Shown here: piece by piece, positions 25,101 to 34,684 of the stretch
Position numbering within the stretch: position 1 is the first letter of the stretch
How the letters are laid out: each line of letters begins with the position of its first letter
NCBI GenBank assembly: GCA_964549475.1
Contig: CAZJXH010000004.1
Location: 1 to 34,924 of the forward strand
Direction: 5' to 3'
Source: an uncultured Oscillospiraceae bacterium
GTDB taxonomy: Bacteria; Bacillota; Clostridia; Saccharofermentanales; UBA5734
DNA: 34,924 nt
Made by a program: the position numbers and the translations under genes
Notes under the pieces: generated by a model
The model's database searches: none
What the model was told of the DNA's origin: nothing
What the model saw: only the letters and a program-made list of their open reading frames with translations

Positions 25101-26063
25101 TCAAATCGGAAAAAGAATCCGTGCCAGATAAATGACAAAAATCAGACTGATTACGCATAGCAGCGTCGAGGACATAACCACTTGCGATGCGAAATCCGGA
25201 TGATTATCTTTCTCTACAGCAATTAAAGCACTATTGACCGCGGTGGGAACCGCCGATGAAATCATCAGCGTCTGTGCCATGATCCCTTTTAGTCCGAATA
25301 AATAGATAAATGCCACTGCAATCAAGGGTCCTCCGATCAGGCGGATAAAATTCGAGATATAGACTTCTTTGTTTCTAAATTCAAATGTTGTTTTTGCAAG
25401 CTGTACGCCAAGAGTGATAAGCGCGACGGGGATGAGTGCGTTCGAGGCATAACGGATGGCCGGCCAAAGAAAAACCTGCGTCATGTCATAAGGAATGAAT
25501 TTAAGAACAATCGCCAATGGAACCGCATAAATCGCCGGCATGGTAAAAATTTGCAAAACCGATTCCTTCCAATGAAATTTTGCACGACCGGCATTGAAAA
25601 ATCCGATGGTGTTGACCGTGATATTTTGAAACAACATGACAATAATTTGAACCGTAAGTGCAAGACTCAGATACGGAGTTTCTCCATTCACTATAAAGGG
25701 AGGACTGGAAAATACCAGTGTGATCAAAGGAATCGCGATATTCCCGGAGTTATAGAACATGATTGAATTGGAGAAAGCATTTTTCATTCCCACAGGATAC
25801 TTCCGTATTTTCGAAACAATCATGGCAAGCACCAAATTGACAACCATGATAAGAAAGACGATAAGAAGAACAATCATCATCTCGATGGGAACATTTGTCG
25901 TATAAAGATTCGAAAAGGTAAAAGCGGGAACAAAGAGATAGAAATTCAATTTCGTCAGGGTCAGGATATTCAGGTCGAATTTCTTGCTTAATATATAGCC
26001 AAGGACAATCAGGACAAAAATGGGCAGGATATTGTTTACCAGTATGTTAAGAATAATTTCCAT
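25101..26063 (-). CDS. AEC-family (auxin-efflux-carrier / malate-permease-like) membrane transporter.
   Basis: A 320-aa, ~10-TM protein with MEIILNILVNNILPIFVLIVLGYIL…KLNFYLFVPAFTFSNL, the typical PF03547 start. Confidence 0.75.
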   Translation of the reverse strand: MEIILNILVNNILPIFVLIVLGYILSKKFDLNILTLTKLNFYLFVPAFTFSNLYTTNVPIEMMIVLLIVFLIMVVNLVLAMIVSKIRKYPVGMKNAFSNSIMFYNSGNIAIPLITLVFSSPPFIVNGETPYLSLALTVQIIVMLFQNITVNTIGFFNAGRAKFHWKESVLQIFTMPAIYAVPLAIVLKFIPYDMTQVFLWPAIRYASNALIPVALITLGVQLAKTTFEFRNKEVYISNFIRLIGGPLIAVAFIYLFGLKGIMAQTLMISSAVPTAVNSALIAVEKDNHPDFASQVVMSSTLLCVISLIFVIYLARILFPI

Positions 26064-26171
26064 ATTACAAATCCCGCCTTTGCATGATTCGTTTTACCCC
26101 ATTTATATCTGTTTACTTCATTTGTTTTCTTTGACATAGATAATAACACAATCGCATGTAAAAAAACAAAT

Positions 26172-26205
26172 CCCCCTGAAATTCACAGGGAGATCTGTTG
26201 TTGGA
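26172..26205 (-). terminator. Intrinsic terminator for the flotillin gene (read on the minus strand). An A-tract on the other side makes it weakly bidirectional.
   Basis: Minus-strand RNA reads aucucccug-ugaauuu-caggggga followed by UUUGUUUUUUU. The stem has 8 Watson-Crick pairs plus one G-U. Confidence 0.75.
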
Positions 26206-26255
26206 AATTTTGGAAATTTTGCTATACTCTTGCCAATTCTTCGAATTCAAGACAT

Positions 26256-28346
26256 TTAATTGAGTTTTTCTTCTTTCTTTTCTTCTCTCTTTTCTGCTTT
26301 TTTCTCTCCAGTCTCTTTTGCTGTCTCTTTCGATATATCTTTTTTCTTATCCGTCGGTGCTTCGGTTACATCCCTGGCCGCCTTTTTGACTTCTTCTGGA
26401 ATTGCGGCACTCTGCAGGTTTACACCAAGCTTTTCGATGGTGATAAACTTGAGCAGGGTATCCATGATGGTTGAATTTCCACCATTCCCGCTATTCCCGT
26501 CACTTTGCCCCCCCATGTTGACCATGGTTTTCGGAACAATGTCAACAGTGGTTGTTTTGATCGCATCCGACAGTTTATCCACCACTTCCTGGATCAGACG
26601 ATACTGGGAACCGCCGTAAGCCTTGACCTGAGCGTCAATAGCTCTTGCACGCGCCAGCCCGATGGAGGACTCCTTTGAGCCTTCCGCCTCGCCTTCCATG
26701 GTAACCCTTTGTGCATTCGCTTTCGCAAGAGCGATGATCTGGCCGGCTTCCTGCTCCGCTTTTCTTGCAAGGGCCGCACCATTGTTCGCTTCGATTTCAA
26801 TCTGGACTTTTGAATTGGTCAGGAACGTCTGTTTTTCGGCGATGGCTTCGGCCTCGCGCAGGGATTTCTCGCTTTCCGCTGCGGATTGCTGTTTCTGATA
26901 GGTTATCTTCTTTTCTTCTGCGATTTGACGATCCCGAAGCTGTGTCAGGATATTCTCAATTTGAATATCACCGATTTCCGATTTCGGAGTACCGATGAGC
27001 ACTTCCTCCAGTTCAAGATTATATTTGGCAAATTTGATTTTCATTTCACTGACCGCGCGCTCGCGGATTTCACTGCGCTCTTGAATCAGCTGGATCAGCG
27101 TCTTGGTCTGCGCAACGTCCTTGAAGTAGGCGCTGACAAGCGGATCAAGCGATTGATTGACCAGCATGCCGATGTCTCCAAAACGTTGAATGACCCATGG
27201 CGCTTTCTTATAATCAATATGCATAACAACCGACAATGGGAGAGCGGGTTCAAATGCATCTTTGGTAATGATGTCCACTTCTGTAAGATTCTCGTCGTAC
27301 TTATGGCTGCCGACTTCGTCTTTCTTCCATTTTAAAATAATATTTGTCGTGGGTACGAGGACCACCTTGCCGGCATCCGTATTAAAAGCATACTTACCGG
27401 GCATCAGTGGTTTCGCAAGCACACCTTTGCATCCGTTTTCCACTAATTCGCCATGCTTGTAGTCATCGCCGGTTGTGTCAACCCCTTCTTTCCCATAGAA
27501 GGAAACAACAACCCCGACAAATCCGATCGGGACAACGGTCTTTGGCCGGAATTCGACGGTTGCAAACAGACGGTTGATATAATAAGTACCGTCTGTTAAA
27601 AGCGGAAGCTGCTTCCCGCGGAATCCGCCAAGCTCCAGGAATTTCTCGGTGTCCTGGAAGCTCGAATGCCCGCCGCCTACATCAGGCGCAATGATTTCGC
27701 CCTGTGGCAGAGTGTTTCCGTCATGAACCGTCACGATTCCCATCAAATCACTTTGCTCCGCCGTATTTCCCATGATGATGATCGGGCTGAAAGCATAACG
27801 GGATTTCAGAATCTCCTGCATGCTGCTGATGATAGCAAGTTCTTCCCGGCTCCCTGCGATACTTTTGATGCTGTTCGGAGTGATGACAATAAATTGAGCC
27901 AGATTGATCGCATAGGTTCCTTCTCTCAAAATACCTCTTTGCGGGCCTCTTTGTCCTCCATTGGTTAAAAATCCCCTCACATCCTGGAAATTATTCGCTT
28001 CGGTAATCACTTTTCCCAATGTTTGGATAGGCGCCAGCGGCTTTCCGTCACGCGCGAAAACATAGGCGATCTGGCCTTGCGGAACCGTTATCAGCGGGTA
28101 CCTGTGGATCTTGTACATCAGAACTGTCTTGAAATGCATGCCTCCGCGAAGCAAATCCGGCGTATATCCCGCTTCCCCGTTCAAAGCAATAATCGAATTC
28201 TTCAGAGATCCTTTGAAACTCCACCACTTCTCGATCACTCCGACCTCGTCCGAATTGATAATGCGCAGACCCAGAATTTTAAAAATCAAGGCATAAGCAA
28301 CAAAAATCCCCGCTGCAACATAAATTGCAATTAATATCCAGTCCAT
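26256..28346 (-). CDS. Flotillin/SPFH (band-7) family membrane protein, long form, with an extended C-terminal coiled coil and a Lys/Glu tail.
   Basis: An N-terminal TM helix (MDWILIAIYVAAGIFVAYALIF), an SPFH-like core, then a ~250-aa Ala/Glu/Gln-rich coiled coil (…AEAIAEKQTFLTNSKVQIEIEANNGAALARKAEQEAGQ…) and a KKEEK tail. An AGGAGGA RBS lies before the ATG at 28344-28346. The upstream ORF-track ATG lacks an RBS. Confidence 0.75.
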   Translation of the reverse strand: MDWILIAIYVAAGIFVAYALIFKILGLRIINSDEVGVIEKWWSFKGSLKNSIIALNGEAGYTPDLLRGGMHFKTVLMYKIHRYPLITVPQGQIAYVFARDGKPLAPIQTLGKVITEANNFQDVRGFLTNGGQRGPQRGILREGTYAINLAQFIVITPNSIKSIAGSREELAIISSMQEILKSRYAFSPIIIMGNTAEQSDLMGIVTVHDGNTLPQGEIIAPDVGGGHSSFQDTEKFLELGGFRGKQLPLLTDGTYYINRLFATVEFRPKTVVPIGFVGVVVSFYGKEGVDTTGDDYKHGELVENGCKGVLAKPLMPGKYAFNTDAGKVVLVPTTNIILKWKKDEVGSHKYDENLTEVDIITKDAFEPALPLSVVMHIDYKKAPWVIQRFGDIGMLVNQSLDPLVSAYFKDVAQTKTLIQLIQERSEIRERAVSEMKIKFAKYNLELEEVLIGTPKSEIGDIQIENILTQLRDRQIAEEKKITYQKQQSAAESEKSLREAEAIAEKQTFLTNSKVQIEIEANNGAALARKAEQEAGQIIALAKANAQRVTMEGEAEGSKESSIGLARARAIDAQVKAYGGSQYRLIQEVVDKLSDAIKTTTVDIVPKTMVNMGGQSDGNSGNGGNSTIMDTLLKFITIEKLGVNLQSAAIPEEVKKAARDVTEAPTDKKKDISKETAKETGEKKAEKREEKKEEKLN

Positions 28347-28565
28347 ACCGTTTCCTCCTGTCAATTTTCTCTTCTGATAAATTTTGTTTTCGAGCTTCTT
28401 CATGAATTTTGTTTGCGAACTTTTTAAATATCGCTATTCATGCTGTTTTTATCCTATTGAATTGTTTGAAAACAAGATTGTGTTACCCTTTATTCTACAT
28501 CTTTACGAAGTAAATTACTATTGTTTTTATAATTCTTAATGACACCTTAATACACCGGTATAAAA

Positions 28566-28612
28566 AGACTGCCGCCACAGAACATTCCGATTTCTGTGAC
28601 GGCAATCTTTTT
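28566..28612. terminator. Bidirectional intrinsic terminator downstream of the TIM-like gene.
   Basis: aaaaag-act-GCCGCCACAGAA-cattccgat-TTCTGTGACGGC-aatcttttt: a 12-bp stem with one mismatch, flanked by an A-run and a T-run. Confidence 0.75.
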
Positions 28613-28672
28613 ATCTATATCAATATATCATATGCTTTATTTAATAACGAACGGTTCCGGCGGATCTGCAGA

Positions 28673-29377
28673 CTATTTCTTGTTCTTGTCATCCCAGGCT
28701 TTACGAACCGCATGAATCATCTCATCCACCATGGCCGCCCTGTCCTTTGCTTTCACCACACCACTTGACGATCCGGTTGCCTCCGCGCCTGCATAAATCA
28801 CATTGTAGACATCATTTCCATTGCTGATTCCAGCTCCTTGCAATACCATGATTTCCGGGTCAATGGATTTCACCGCTTCAATGGAGGCTTTGACATAGTC
28901 TATGTCACTGGTCTTCCCTGTTCCGATCAGCTCGGTCGGTTCGGCAACAATGATATTCGGGCTTAACAATGCAACCGCTTTTGACTCTTCAGCCGAATCA
29001 GTACAGACAATGGTCATTAAACCAATATCATCCGCCCTTTTAATTGTTTTACGAAGGGTGGAATAGGTAAGCGGCTTCTCGCAATGGTTCAGCATGACAC
29101 CAACCGCACCGGCTGTTTTAACAGATTCCGGCAAAATATCCGCAAGCCCGCGGCCGATCGGCAGGCAGTCCATATGGGGAGCAAAAACGAATATACGGTC
29201 CGTCGCATCTGCAACGGCCTTGATATCTGCATATGGTGTTGTGAAAATGATATCCACATCATATTTTTTAGATGCTGTATCTGCAATCTTGGCAAGCTCA
29301 AGAACATCTTCGCCATAGAGATACGATTTGGGTCCGATTTCAAAAAAAGGAGGTTTTATTGATAATCCACGATACAT
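28673..29377 (-). CDS. Archaeal-type triose-phosphate isomerase family protein (short ~235-aa TIM).
   Basis: …LPESVKTAGAVGVMLNHCE…GLMTIVC…VAEPTELIGTG…LQGAGIS…SSGVVKAKD… aligns block by block with Pyrococcus-type TIM (…LPEAVKEAGAVGTLLNHSE…GLMTMVC…VEPPELIGTG…LCGAGIS…SGVTKAKD…). An AGGAGA RBS precedes the ATG at 29375-29377. Confidence 0.8.
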   Translation of the reverse strand: MYRGLSIKPPFFEIGPKSYLYGEDVLELAKIADTASKKYDVDIIFTTPYADIKAVADATDRIFVFAPHMDCLPIGRGLADILPESVKTAGAVGVMLNHCEKPLTYSTLRKTIKRADDIGLMTIVCTDSAEESKAVALLSPNIIVAEPTELIGTGKTSDIDYVKASIEAVKSIDPEIMVLQGAGISNGNDVYNVIYAGAEATGSSSGVVKAKDRAAMVDEMIHAVRKAWDDKNKK

Positions 29378-29699
29378 TGTTTTTCTCCTGTCGTTCAATT
29401 TACTTTATGCTTCACATTATAGGGATGCATAATTCATTTGTCAATCATTTGTTACTAAATTGATAGTATTGTTTATGATTAACTTACGATATACTATCGA
29501 ATTAATTATATATTTATTACTGAATAAATCGAACAACAACTGGATTTGACAGCAAAGCGTTCCGCAAATTGGTTTATTTTATATCGATAGTGATAATTTT
29601 TGAAAAATATGGTAGACTAATAAAAAAAGGACCTGTTATTGGATTGTCGTGATAAATATTATCTGTTTATAGTGATAAATACCATGAAGGAGACAGCAT

Positions 29700-30479
29700 A
29701 TGTTCGTTGATGAAGGCTTAAAAATCGATATTCGCAGAAATAAAATTCTTGAGATTCTTGCACGTGACGGAAAAGTCAGGGTATCCAATTTACGGCAGCT
29801 TCTGAATGTCTCTGAAGTCACCATTCGAAATGACTTGTCAGAGCTTGAGAAGGCAGGCCGTCTAGAGCGCATTTCCGGCGGAGCGATCCAGACCATGAAG
29901 AATTATTACAATATGGATTTCCAGCAAAGAAAACGCCGGAAAGCAGAGTATAAACAAGCGATCGGCTGTGCAGCCTCCGATCTTGTCAAGGACGGGGAAA
30001 CTTTGATGATCAATTCCGGTGCGACCTGCTTTTTTACCGCAACTGAATTAAAAAAGCATAAAAACTTGAATATCGTTACGAATTCACTGACTGTAGCCGT
30101 TGAGCTGGGAGAACATCCGACCTTTCGCGTCATTCTTCTAGGAGGCGAGATCAATTCCCAATATTCATTCACCTATGGGAACGACGCATTGACCCAGTTA
30201 AAAAAGTATAAAGCGGATTGGTGCATCCTGTCCGTCGATGGCGTCTCTTGCGAGGCTGGATTGACCACTTATCACGCGCAGGAAGCCGAAGTGAACAAAG
30301 CCATGATGGAGCGGTCCCGCAAAACCGTTATTGTTGCCGATTATTCGAAACTGGAGCATGAAAGCTTTTTCAATATCTGCAATTTATCCGAAGTCGATTA
30401 CTGGGTGACAAACAAATGCGCGGATCCGGACCAGATTGCCAAGGTTCGTGAAATCGGTGTTGAAATCATTACCTGTTGA
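29700..30479 (+). CDS. DeoR/GlpR-family transcriptional regulator.
   Basis: An N-terminal HTH (RRNKILEILARDGKVRVSNLRQLLNVSEVTIRNDLSELEKAG) plus a C-terminal DeoR sugar-phosphate-binding domain (…MINSGATCFF…IVTNSL…VILLGGE…). Confidence 0.88.
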   Translation: MFVDEGLKIDIRRNKILEILARDGKVRVSNLRQLLNVSEVTIRNDLSELEKAGRLERISGGAIQTMKNYYNMDFQQRKRRKAEYKQAIGCAASDLVKDGETLMINSGATCFFTATELKKHKNLNIVTNSLTVAVELGEHPTFRVILLGGEINSQYSFTYGNDALTQLKKYKADWCILSVDGVSCEAGLTTYHAQEAEVNKAMMERSRKTVIVADYSKLEHESFFNICNLSEVDYWVTNKCADPDQIAKVREIGVEIITC

Positions 30480-30562
30480 TATTCTTTCATAATGATAGGA
30501 TGGCTCTTGATAAATTCATTTGAAAATCATATTCATTGATTATTCTTAAAAATCAATATTTC

Positions 30563-30596
30563 AAAAGAAAGGACTCCATGGATCTTTCTTTTTAGT
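30563..30596. terminator. Bidirectional terminator between the convergent deoR-family and GGDEF genes.
   Basis: aaaagaaagg-actccatggat-ctttcttttt: an A-run, a 9-bp stem, then a T-run. Confidence 0.65.
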
Positions 30597-30610
30597 AAAA
30601 GAAAGATGTT

Positions 30611-31858
30611 TTACCTAACAGCATTATTATGCGCAGCGTCATATGACCGGATACAGTTTCTGCCGCTTTCTTTCGCTTTATAGAGAGCTTTGTCGGCATC
30701 TTCAATGCATTTGAAAACATCATTTTCAGAGACAAGCTCGACACTGGATATTCCAAGACTGATCGTAAGGAATCCGTTCATGGAACTTTCATGCGGAATT
30801 TCAAGATCCATCACACTTTTTCGCAATTCTTCGGCGATTTCCATTGTTTCTTCCAGACTCAGGTTGTCCACAATATAGATAAATTCCTCCCCGCCGATCC
30901 GTGCAGCAAAATTATCCGTATCTGCAGCACTCAAGCTGATCTGCTCGGCCACTTCGACCAGAACCTTATCTCCTTCCACATGTCCGTATCGATCATTGAA
31001 TTGCTTAAAGAAATCAATATCAATCATAATGACTGAAATATAAGCTCCGGATTTTGATTTATTCAGGTACTTTGATTCGATATAGTAGTTCAAGCTCCTT
31101 CGATTTGGAATGTTCGTCAATTCATCAAGATAGGATAACTGGCGAAGATTCAAATGCATTTTATCAAGCAATATTTTATTATTAAAATCATGGCAATAAT
31201 TATAAAAAATAATTCTGGAACAGATAAATGAAATCAGAATAAAAACAACCAGATTGACATAGTGTCCCACCAGAACATCTGTCGAATGCTGAAAAAAGGG
31301 CAGCCCGATAAACAGAATCAAGGAGGACAAAATATATGGAAATAATAATTTCTTGCACTCTATATAAAAAAGAGTGGAACAGACAATCATATTGATCATA
31401 AATACGATCAGCTGTCCGTACAGTTTCTGATCCATCAAGGATATCAAGCTTCCCCAGCATAAAAAAAACGTGATGTAAGCCATCATCTTGTTTTCTATTC
31501 TGTTTAATGCTTTCGCTGGCTTGCGTGTGATATCTCCAATCCTGTTGACATAAAACAAAAATAGAATCATAACAATGATCATGACCAGGTAAGCAATGAG
31601 ATAATTATTGAATTCGAATCTCTTATCCACTCTCAAAGCCAATGTTATCAGATCGCTTACAGCCAGAATCGACTCGAAAATGATCACGACATACGAAAAT
31701 ATTCTTATTCTTCTTATATTGTCTTTCAAAAGATGAATTTGGAATTTTGTCTTTGAACCAGAGTCAATGTCTTTGAAAAATAGATCTCTAAAACGCATCA
31801 ATTTAATCCTTTCAAAACAGGACCATTGAATCAAACGAACCGCTGTCTTTTTACTCAT
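30611..31858 (-). CDS. Membrane-anchored GGDEF-domain diguanylate cyclase.
   Basis: An N-terminal ~250 aa with 6-8 TM helices, and a C-terminal GGDEF domain with an intact RIGGEEF active site and an upstream RxxD-like region. Confidence 0.8.
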   Translation of the reverse strand: MSKKTAVRLIQWSCFERIKLMRFRDLFFKDIDSGSKTKFQIHLLKDNIRRIRIFSYVVIIFESILAVSDLITLALRVDKRFEFNNYLIAYLVMIIVMILFLFYVNRIGDITRKPAKALNRIENKMMAYITFFLCWGSLISLMDQKLYGQLIVFMINMIVCSTLFYIECKKLLFPYILSSLILFIGLPFFQHSTDVLVGHYVNLVVFILISFICSRIIFYNYCHDFNNKILLDKMHLNLRQLSYLDELTNIPNRRSLNYYIESKYLNKSKSGAYISVIMIDIDFFKQFNDRYGHVEGDKVLVEVAEQISLSAADTDNFAARIGGEEFIYIVDNLSLEETMEIAEELRKSVMDLEIPHESSMNGFLTISLGISSVELVSENDVFKCIEDADKALYKAKESGRNCIRSYDAAHNNAVR

Positions 31859-31934
31859 ATTTCTTTTATAGTCATTTTATTCTATTGTATTTGATAATAC
31901 AATAGAGATCATTCTCTATTATTTTAATAATATG

Positions 31935-32522
31935 TTACATTTCAACTTGCATTTCAACGATCAAATCCTCCAGTTTGCGCTTCGGTACATGATGAACCCC
32001 GTTCGCATCCCGATAGTATTTAATATCGCCTGAAAGATTGACTTCCTCAAGAACAATCCTCTCTTTCGGTTTTCCAAGCGCAATCACCAGTATCGGCTCG
32101 AGCCGCTCGGGAATCTGCAAAACATCCCTTAATCGGCCAAAATCGACCGCACCCAGGATACAGCCGCCGAAGCCGGCTTCTGTGGCACCCAGCAAGATGC
32201 TCTGGCAAGCGATTCCCTGATCACAGACAGAAGAATTCGGACGAATCTCTTTATCGGACAGCATAATAATATATGCAGACGGTCGTTCCCCTTCCTCCGG
32301 TCCGTTCCAGTCCTTTAAATAGCCCGCCCATTTCAAGAGGGAGAAAATCGATTCATTTCTGGCATGGTCATACGACAAGATGTACTTCAATGGTTGAAGA
32401 TTAGCGCCAGATGCTGTCTGACGGGCCAGATCAATCCATTCCAGCAGCTGTTGCCGTTCAATGCCGGCCTCCTGATAAAAGCGTCTATAGCTGCGGTTCC
32501 TGCGGATTAAATCTTGAAGCAT
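31935..32522 (-). CDS. Nitroreductase-family flavoprotein.
   Basis: …RRNRSYRRF…LLEWIDLARQTASGANLQPLKYI… and an overall ~195-aa NfsB/NfnB-like fold pattern. A GGAGGAAAAAAGA RBS precedes the ATG at 32520-32522. Confidence 0.8.
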   Translation of the reverse strand: MLQDLIRRNRSYRRFYQEAGIERQQLLEWIDLARQTASGANLQPLKYILSYDHARNESIFSLLKWAGYLKDWNGPEEGERPSAYIIMLSDKEIRPNSSVCDQGIACQSILLGATEAGFGGCILGAVDFGRLRDVLQIPERLEPILVIALGKPKERIVLEEVNLSGDIKYYRDANGVHHVPKRKLEDLIVEMQVEM

Positions 32523-32573
32523 TCTTTTTTCCTCCCTTTCATTTTACCTCTTTCTTCTGTTCTGGTCATTTCA

Positions 32574-32645
32574 TTCGTCCTGGGTTTCTCGCATGGATTC
32601 GTCCTGGGTTTCTCGCATGGATTCGTCCTGGGTTTCTCGCACGGA
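32574..32645. repeat. Three perfect or near-perfect tandem copies of a 24-bp unit, ttcgtcctgggtttctcgca(t/c)gga.
   Basis: 32574-32597, 32598-32621 and 32622-32645. The third copy has a single T>C change. It lies 52-123 bp upstream of the nitroreductase ATG on the minus strand and immediately upstream of the -35 of the plus-strand promoter. Confidence 0.85.
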
Positions 32646-32656
32646 TTCTTCCCCTA

Positions 32657-32685
32657 TTGTGTTTGTCGGTCATTATGTCTATAAT
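32657..32685 (+). promoter_or_regulatory. Candidate sigma-A promoter for the 178-aa membrane protein gene.
   Basis: TTGTGT (32657-32662), a 17-bp spacer, and TATAAT (32680-32685). Confidence 0.45.
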
Positions 32686-32778
32686 GATTTTTGTCAGAAA
32701 TATTGGTAAACCTTATTGCTTCCGTAAACAACAGAAATGTGCCTCCCCCACAAACTATTATACAAGGAGGATATCGAT

Positions 32779-33312
32779 TTGAATGATTTGATTGTATTGG
32801 GTTGCATCCTTGTCGGGGCATTGCTGCTAAATCTGATTATTCTGTATATTGCAAACGCTTTCGGTCTGGTGAAAGTAAACAGCCAATGCGAGAAGCTTGT
32901 CGACGGGATAAAAAGGAACAGCGGCATCATCATTTTTTGTGCAAGCATTGGAACGCTTTTCTATGTGTATGATATTGTTTCTTCCAACTCAAAACGGTAT
33001 GTGATCAACCTGATTCCCTGGTTTGGCATCGGGTTTATCCTTGTCGCCGGATTATTGTTGATTTTCACACTGATCAATTGCCTTTACCGGATACCAAAAT
33101 CTACCGGGAATGGGAAATCCAAGATTTTTATCGCCTGCCTTCTTTGTATCCTCTCCACTCTGCTTGGCAGTGCGGCCATTGTCGCTGCAAGCTTTTACGG
33201 GTTTAGCCTGTATGATCATTATCAAATTGAAATCGGAGGTTCCAAGACAGCGATCGACACCTTGTTCTCCATCCTGGAAAAGGCGAAAGCATTGATCGGA
33301 CTAGGCTCTTAG
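32779..33312 (+). CDS. Hypothetical 4-TM membrane protein, probably starting at the TTG at 32779.
   Basis: An AAGGAGGA RBS lies 6 nt before the in-frame TTG. There are four clear hydrophobic helices. The ORF-track ATG at 32737 has no RBS. No family recognised. Confidence 0.5.
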   Translation: MNDLIVLGCILVGALLLNLIILYIANAFGLVKVNSQCEKLVDGIKRNSGIIIFCASIGTLFYVYDIVSSNSKRYVINLIPWFGIGFILVAGLLLIFTLINCLYRIPKSTGNGKSKIFIACLLCILSTLLGSAAIVAASFYGFSLYDHYQIEIGGSKTAIDTLFSILEKAKALIGLGS

Positions 33313-33318
33313 CGTCAT

Positions 33319-34254
33319 TTATAAAGAAACCAGCAGATCCTCCTGGCCGCGTTTGTTTTTATCAAGCTCCAGCGTCAGATCCTGCTTCTTCCCGCTTAAT
33401 AGCGTTTCTACTGTATCAATATTGCCCAGCAGCGAGCGAAGCTGTTCCATGTTATCCTGTATTTGGGACCGGACAGAAAGATCCGTAAAGATATTGTCAA
33501 ACCAAAAATCAATGGTGCGCTGAATGGAGGATATTTCTGTAAAAGAAGAGGTGTTTAATCCCTGAACATCGACAAGTTCAGAGCGCAGGCTCTCTATCTG
33601 TGAACTCAATGTATTAAAACAAGCCTCTGCATCGTCGATATGCGAATATTTTGCCGCATGGGAAAGAATGCCTCCTCTTGCCCATATGTCATATGTAGCC
33701 CAGCTCTCGGCGCTATCCAAAGAATTCATCGCTTCTTCTGCGGTAGATTTTACACAAGAAGCCGCTCGAAGTGCTTCGTTGATTTCTGTGATTTGCATTG
33801 TTATGGCGTCGATCGCCTCTTCAAACTGGTTGTATCGCTGGGTGGCATCCCCCTCTAATTTCCGGACAACGACACGCCGGTTCTCTAGCTCGGCTTCATA
33901 TTCCCTTGCTTGCTGACGCAAGTCATTAAGTCTTGTTCCAAGCTCCTGCTTTTCATGCATGATTTGCTCCAAATCTGCTGAAGCCTTGTCATAAATAGCC
34001 TTTGCCTCTATTTGCTGCTGTTCTTCTTTTAAAAGCTTTCTTTCATATTTTCCAAAAAACCGGAGAACAAAAGAAGAAAAAGATTCTTTTTGCATTTGCT
34101 GGACATCAAGATGCTCCTCTTCATATTTTTGAAGCAAGTCCTCCACATTGGTTTTTGCTTTTTCTAAACGGCTTTCGAGTGCAGCCAGCTTGTTCTCAAA
34201 AGGTTTTATCGCCCTTATATTATCTCTGGTCTCTGATAAATTGATCAATCGCAT
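33319..34254 (-). CDS. Hypothetical 311-aa coiled-coil protein.
   Basis: Long heptad-like Glu/Gln/Leu-rich stretches (…LEKAKTNVEDLLQKYEEEHLDVQQMQ…, …LNDLRQQAREYEAELENRRVVVRKLEG…). No TM helix and no catalytic motif recognised. Confidence 0.5.
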   Translation of the reverse strand: MRLINLSETRDNIRAIKPFENKLAALESRLEKAKTNVEDLLQKYEEEHLDVQQMQKESFSSFVLRFFGKYERKLLKEEQQQIEAKAIYDKASADLEQIMHEKQELGTRLNDLRQQAREYEAELENRRVVVRKLEGDATQRYNQFEEAIDAITMQITEINEALRAASCVKSTAEEAMNSLDSAESWATYDIWARGGILSHAAKYSHIDDAEACFNTLSSQIESLRSELVDVQGLNTSSFTEISSIQRTIDFWFDNIFTDLSVRSQIQDNMEQLRSLLGNIDTVETLLSGKKQDLTLELDKNKRGQEDLLVSL

Positions 34255-34321
34255 TTCCTCCGTTACAAAGTAGTCCCTATAAAAAGCAATGAATTTTTAA
34301 ATAATTCCCAGTAGAAGCAAA

Positions 34322-34684
34322 TTATGCTCGTCCGCTAACTATCAATATAATCCATAATAAAAATGACGTTATTGTAATCACAACGAAGAAAATCATACAG
34401 CTTTTTATCGTTTCTAAAATGCCCTTTATTGATTTCAAAGAAATGATTTGTTGATATGCAATCAATTCATCAATTTCTTCTTTTGGCAAGCTTTCTTCAA
34501 CATTGCGATAATACGCGTTGTTTTCATCATCGCCAAATACTTCACCATATTTTTCTCCTGAAATTCTCATGCCGTCTTTTTCCATTTTCTTGAAAATTTC
34601 TTGTTCTTCCTTTGTACAATAAGATTTTTTAATAATTCCTAAGTCAAGTTTCATTTGATTCATTTCTTGTTTCAAATCTTGCAT
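34322..34684 (-). CDS. Hypothetical 120-aa tail-anchored membrane protein in an AT-rich (~30 % GC) segment.
   Basis: A soluble charged N-terminal ~85 aa, then a C-terminal TM helix IFFVVITITSFLLWIILIV. A strong AAAGGAGATAATTTTT RBS is present. It lies immediately upstream of, and co-oriented with, the coiled-coil gene. Confidence 0.5.
   Translation of the reverse strand: MQDLKQEMNQMKLDLGIIKKSYCTKEEQEIFKKMEKDGMRISGEKYGEVFGDDENNAYYRNVEESLPKEEIDELIAYQQIISLKSIKGILETIKSCMIFFVVITITSFLLWIILIVSGRA

Noticed and set aside
26202-26220. Direct repeat ggaaatttt x2 next to the flotillin terminator
   Set aside because: It is a 9-bp duplication within a T-rich terminator tail and is most simply local slippage.
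32574-32645. Possible CRISPR array
   Set aside because: There are three identical 24-bp units with no intervening unique spacers and no cas genes. It is a simple tandem repeat, not CRISPR.
32411-32782. 123-aa plus-strand ORF reading through the 24-bp tandem repeats (…FIRPGFLAWIRPGFLAWIRPGFLAR…)
   Set aside because: The repeated peptide is produced by the DNA repeat. There is no RBS, and the ORF overlaps the nitroreductase 5' end and the promoter of the downstream gene.
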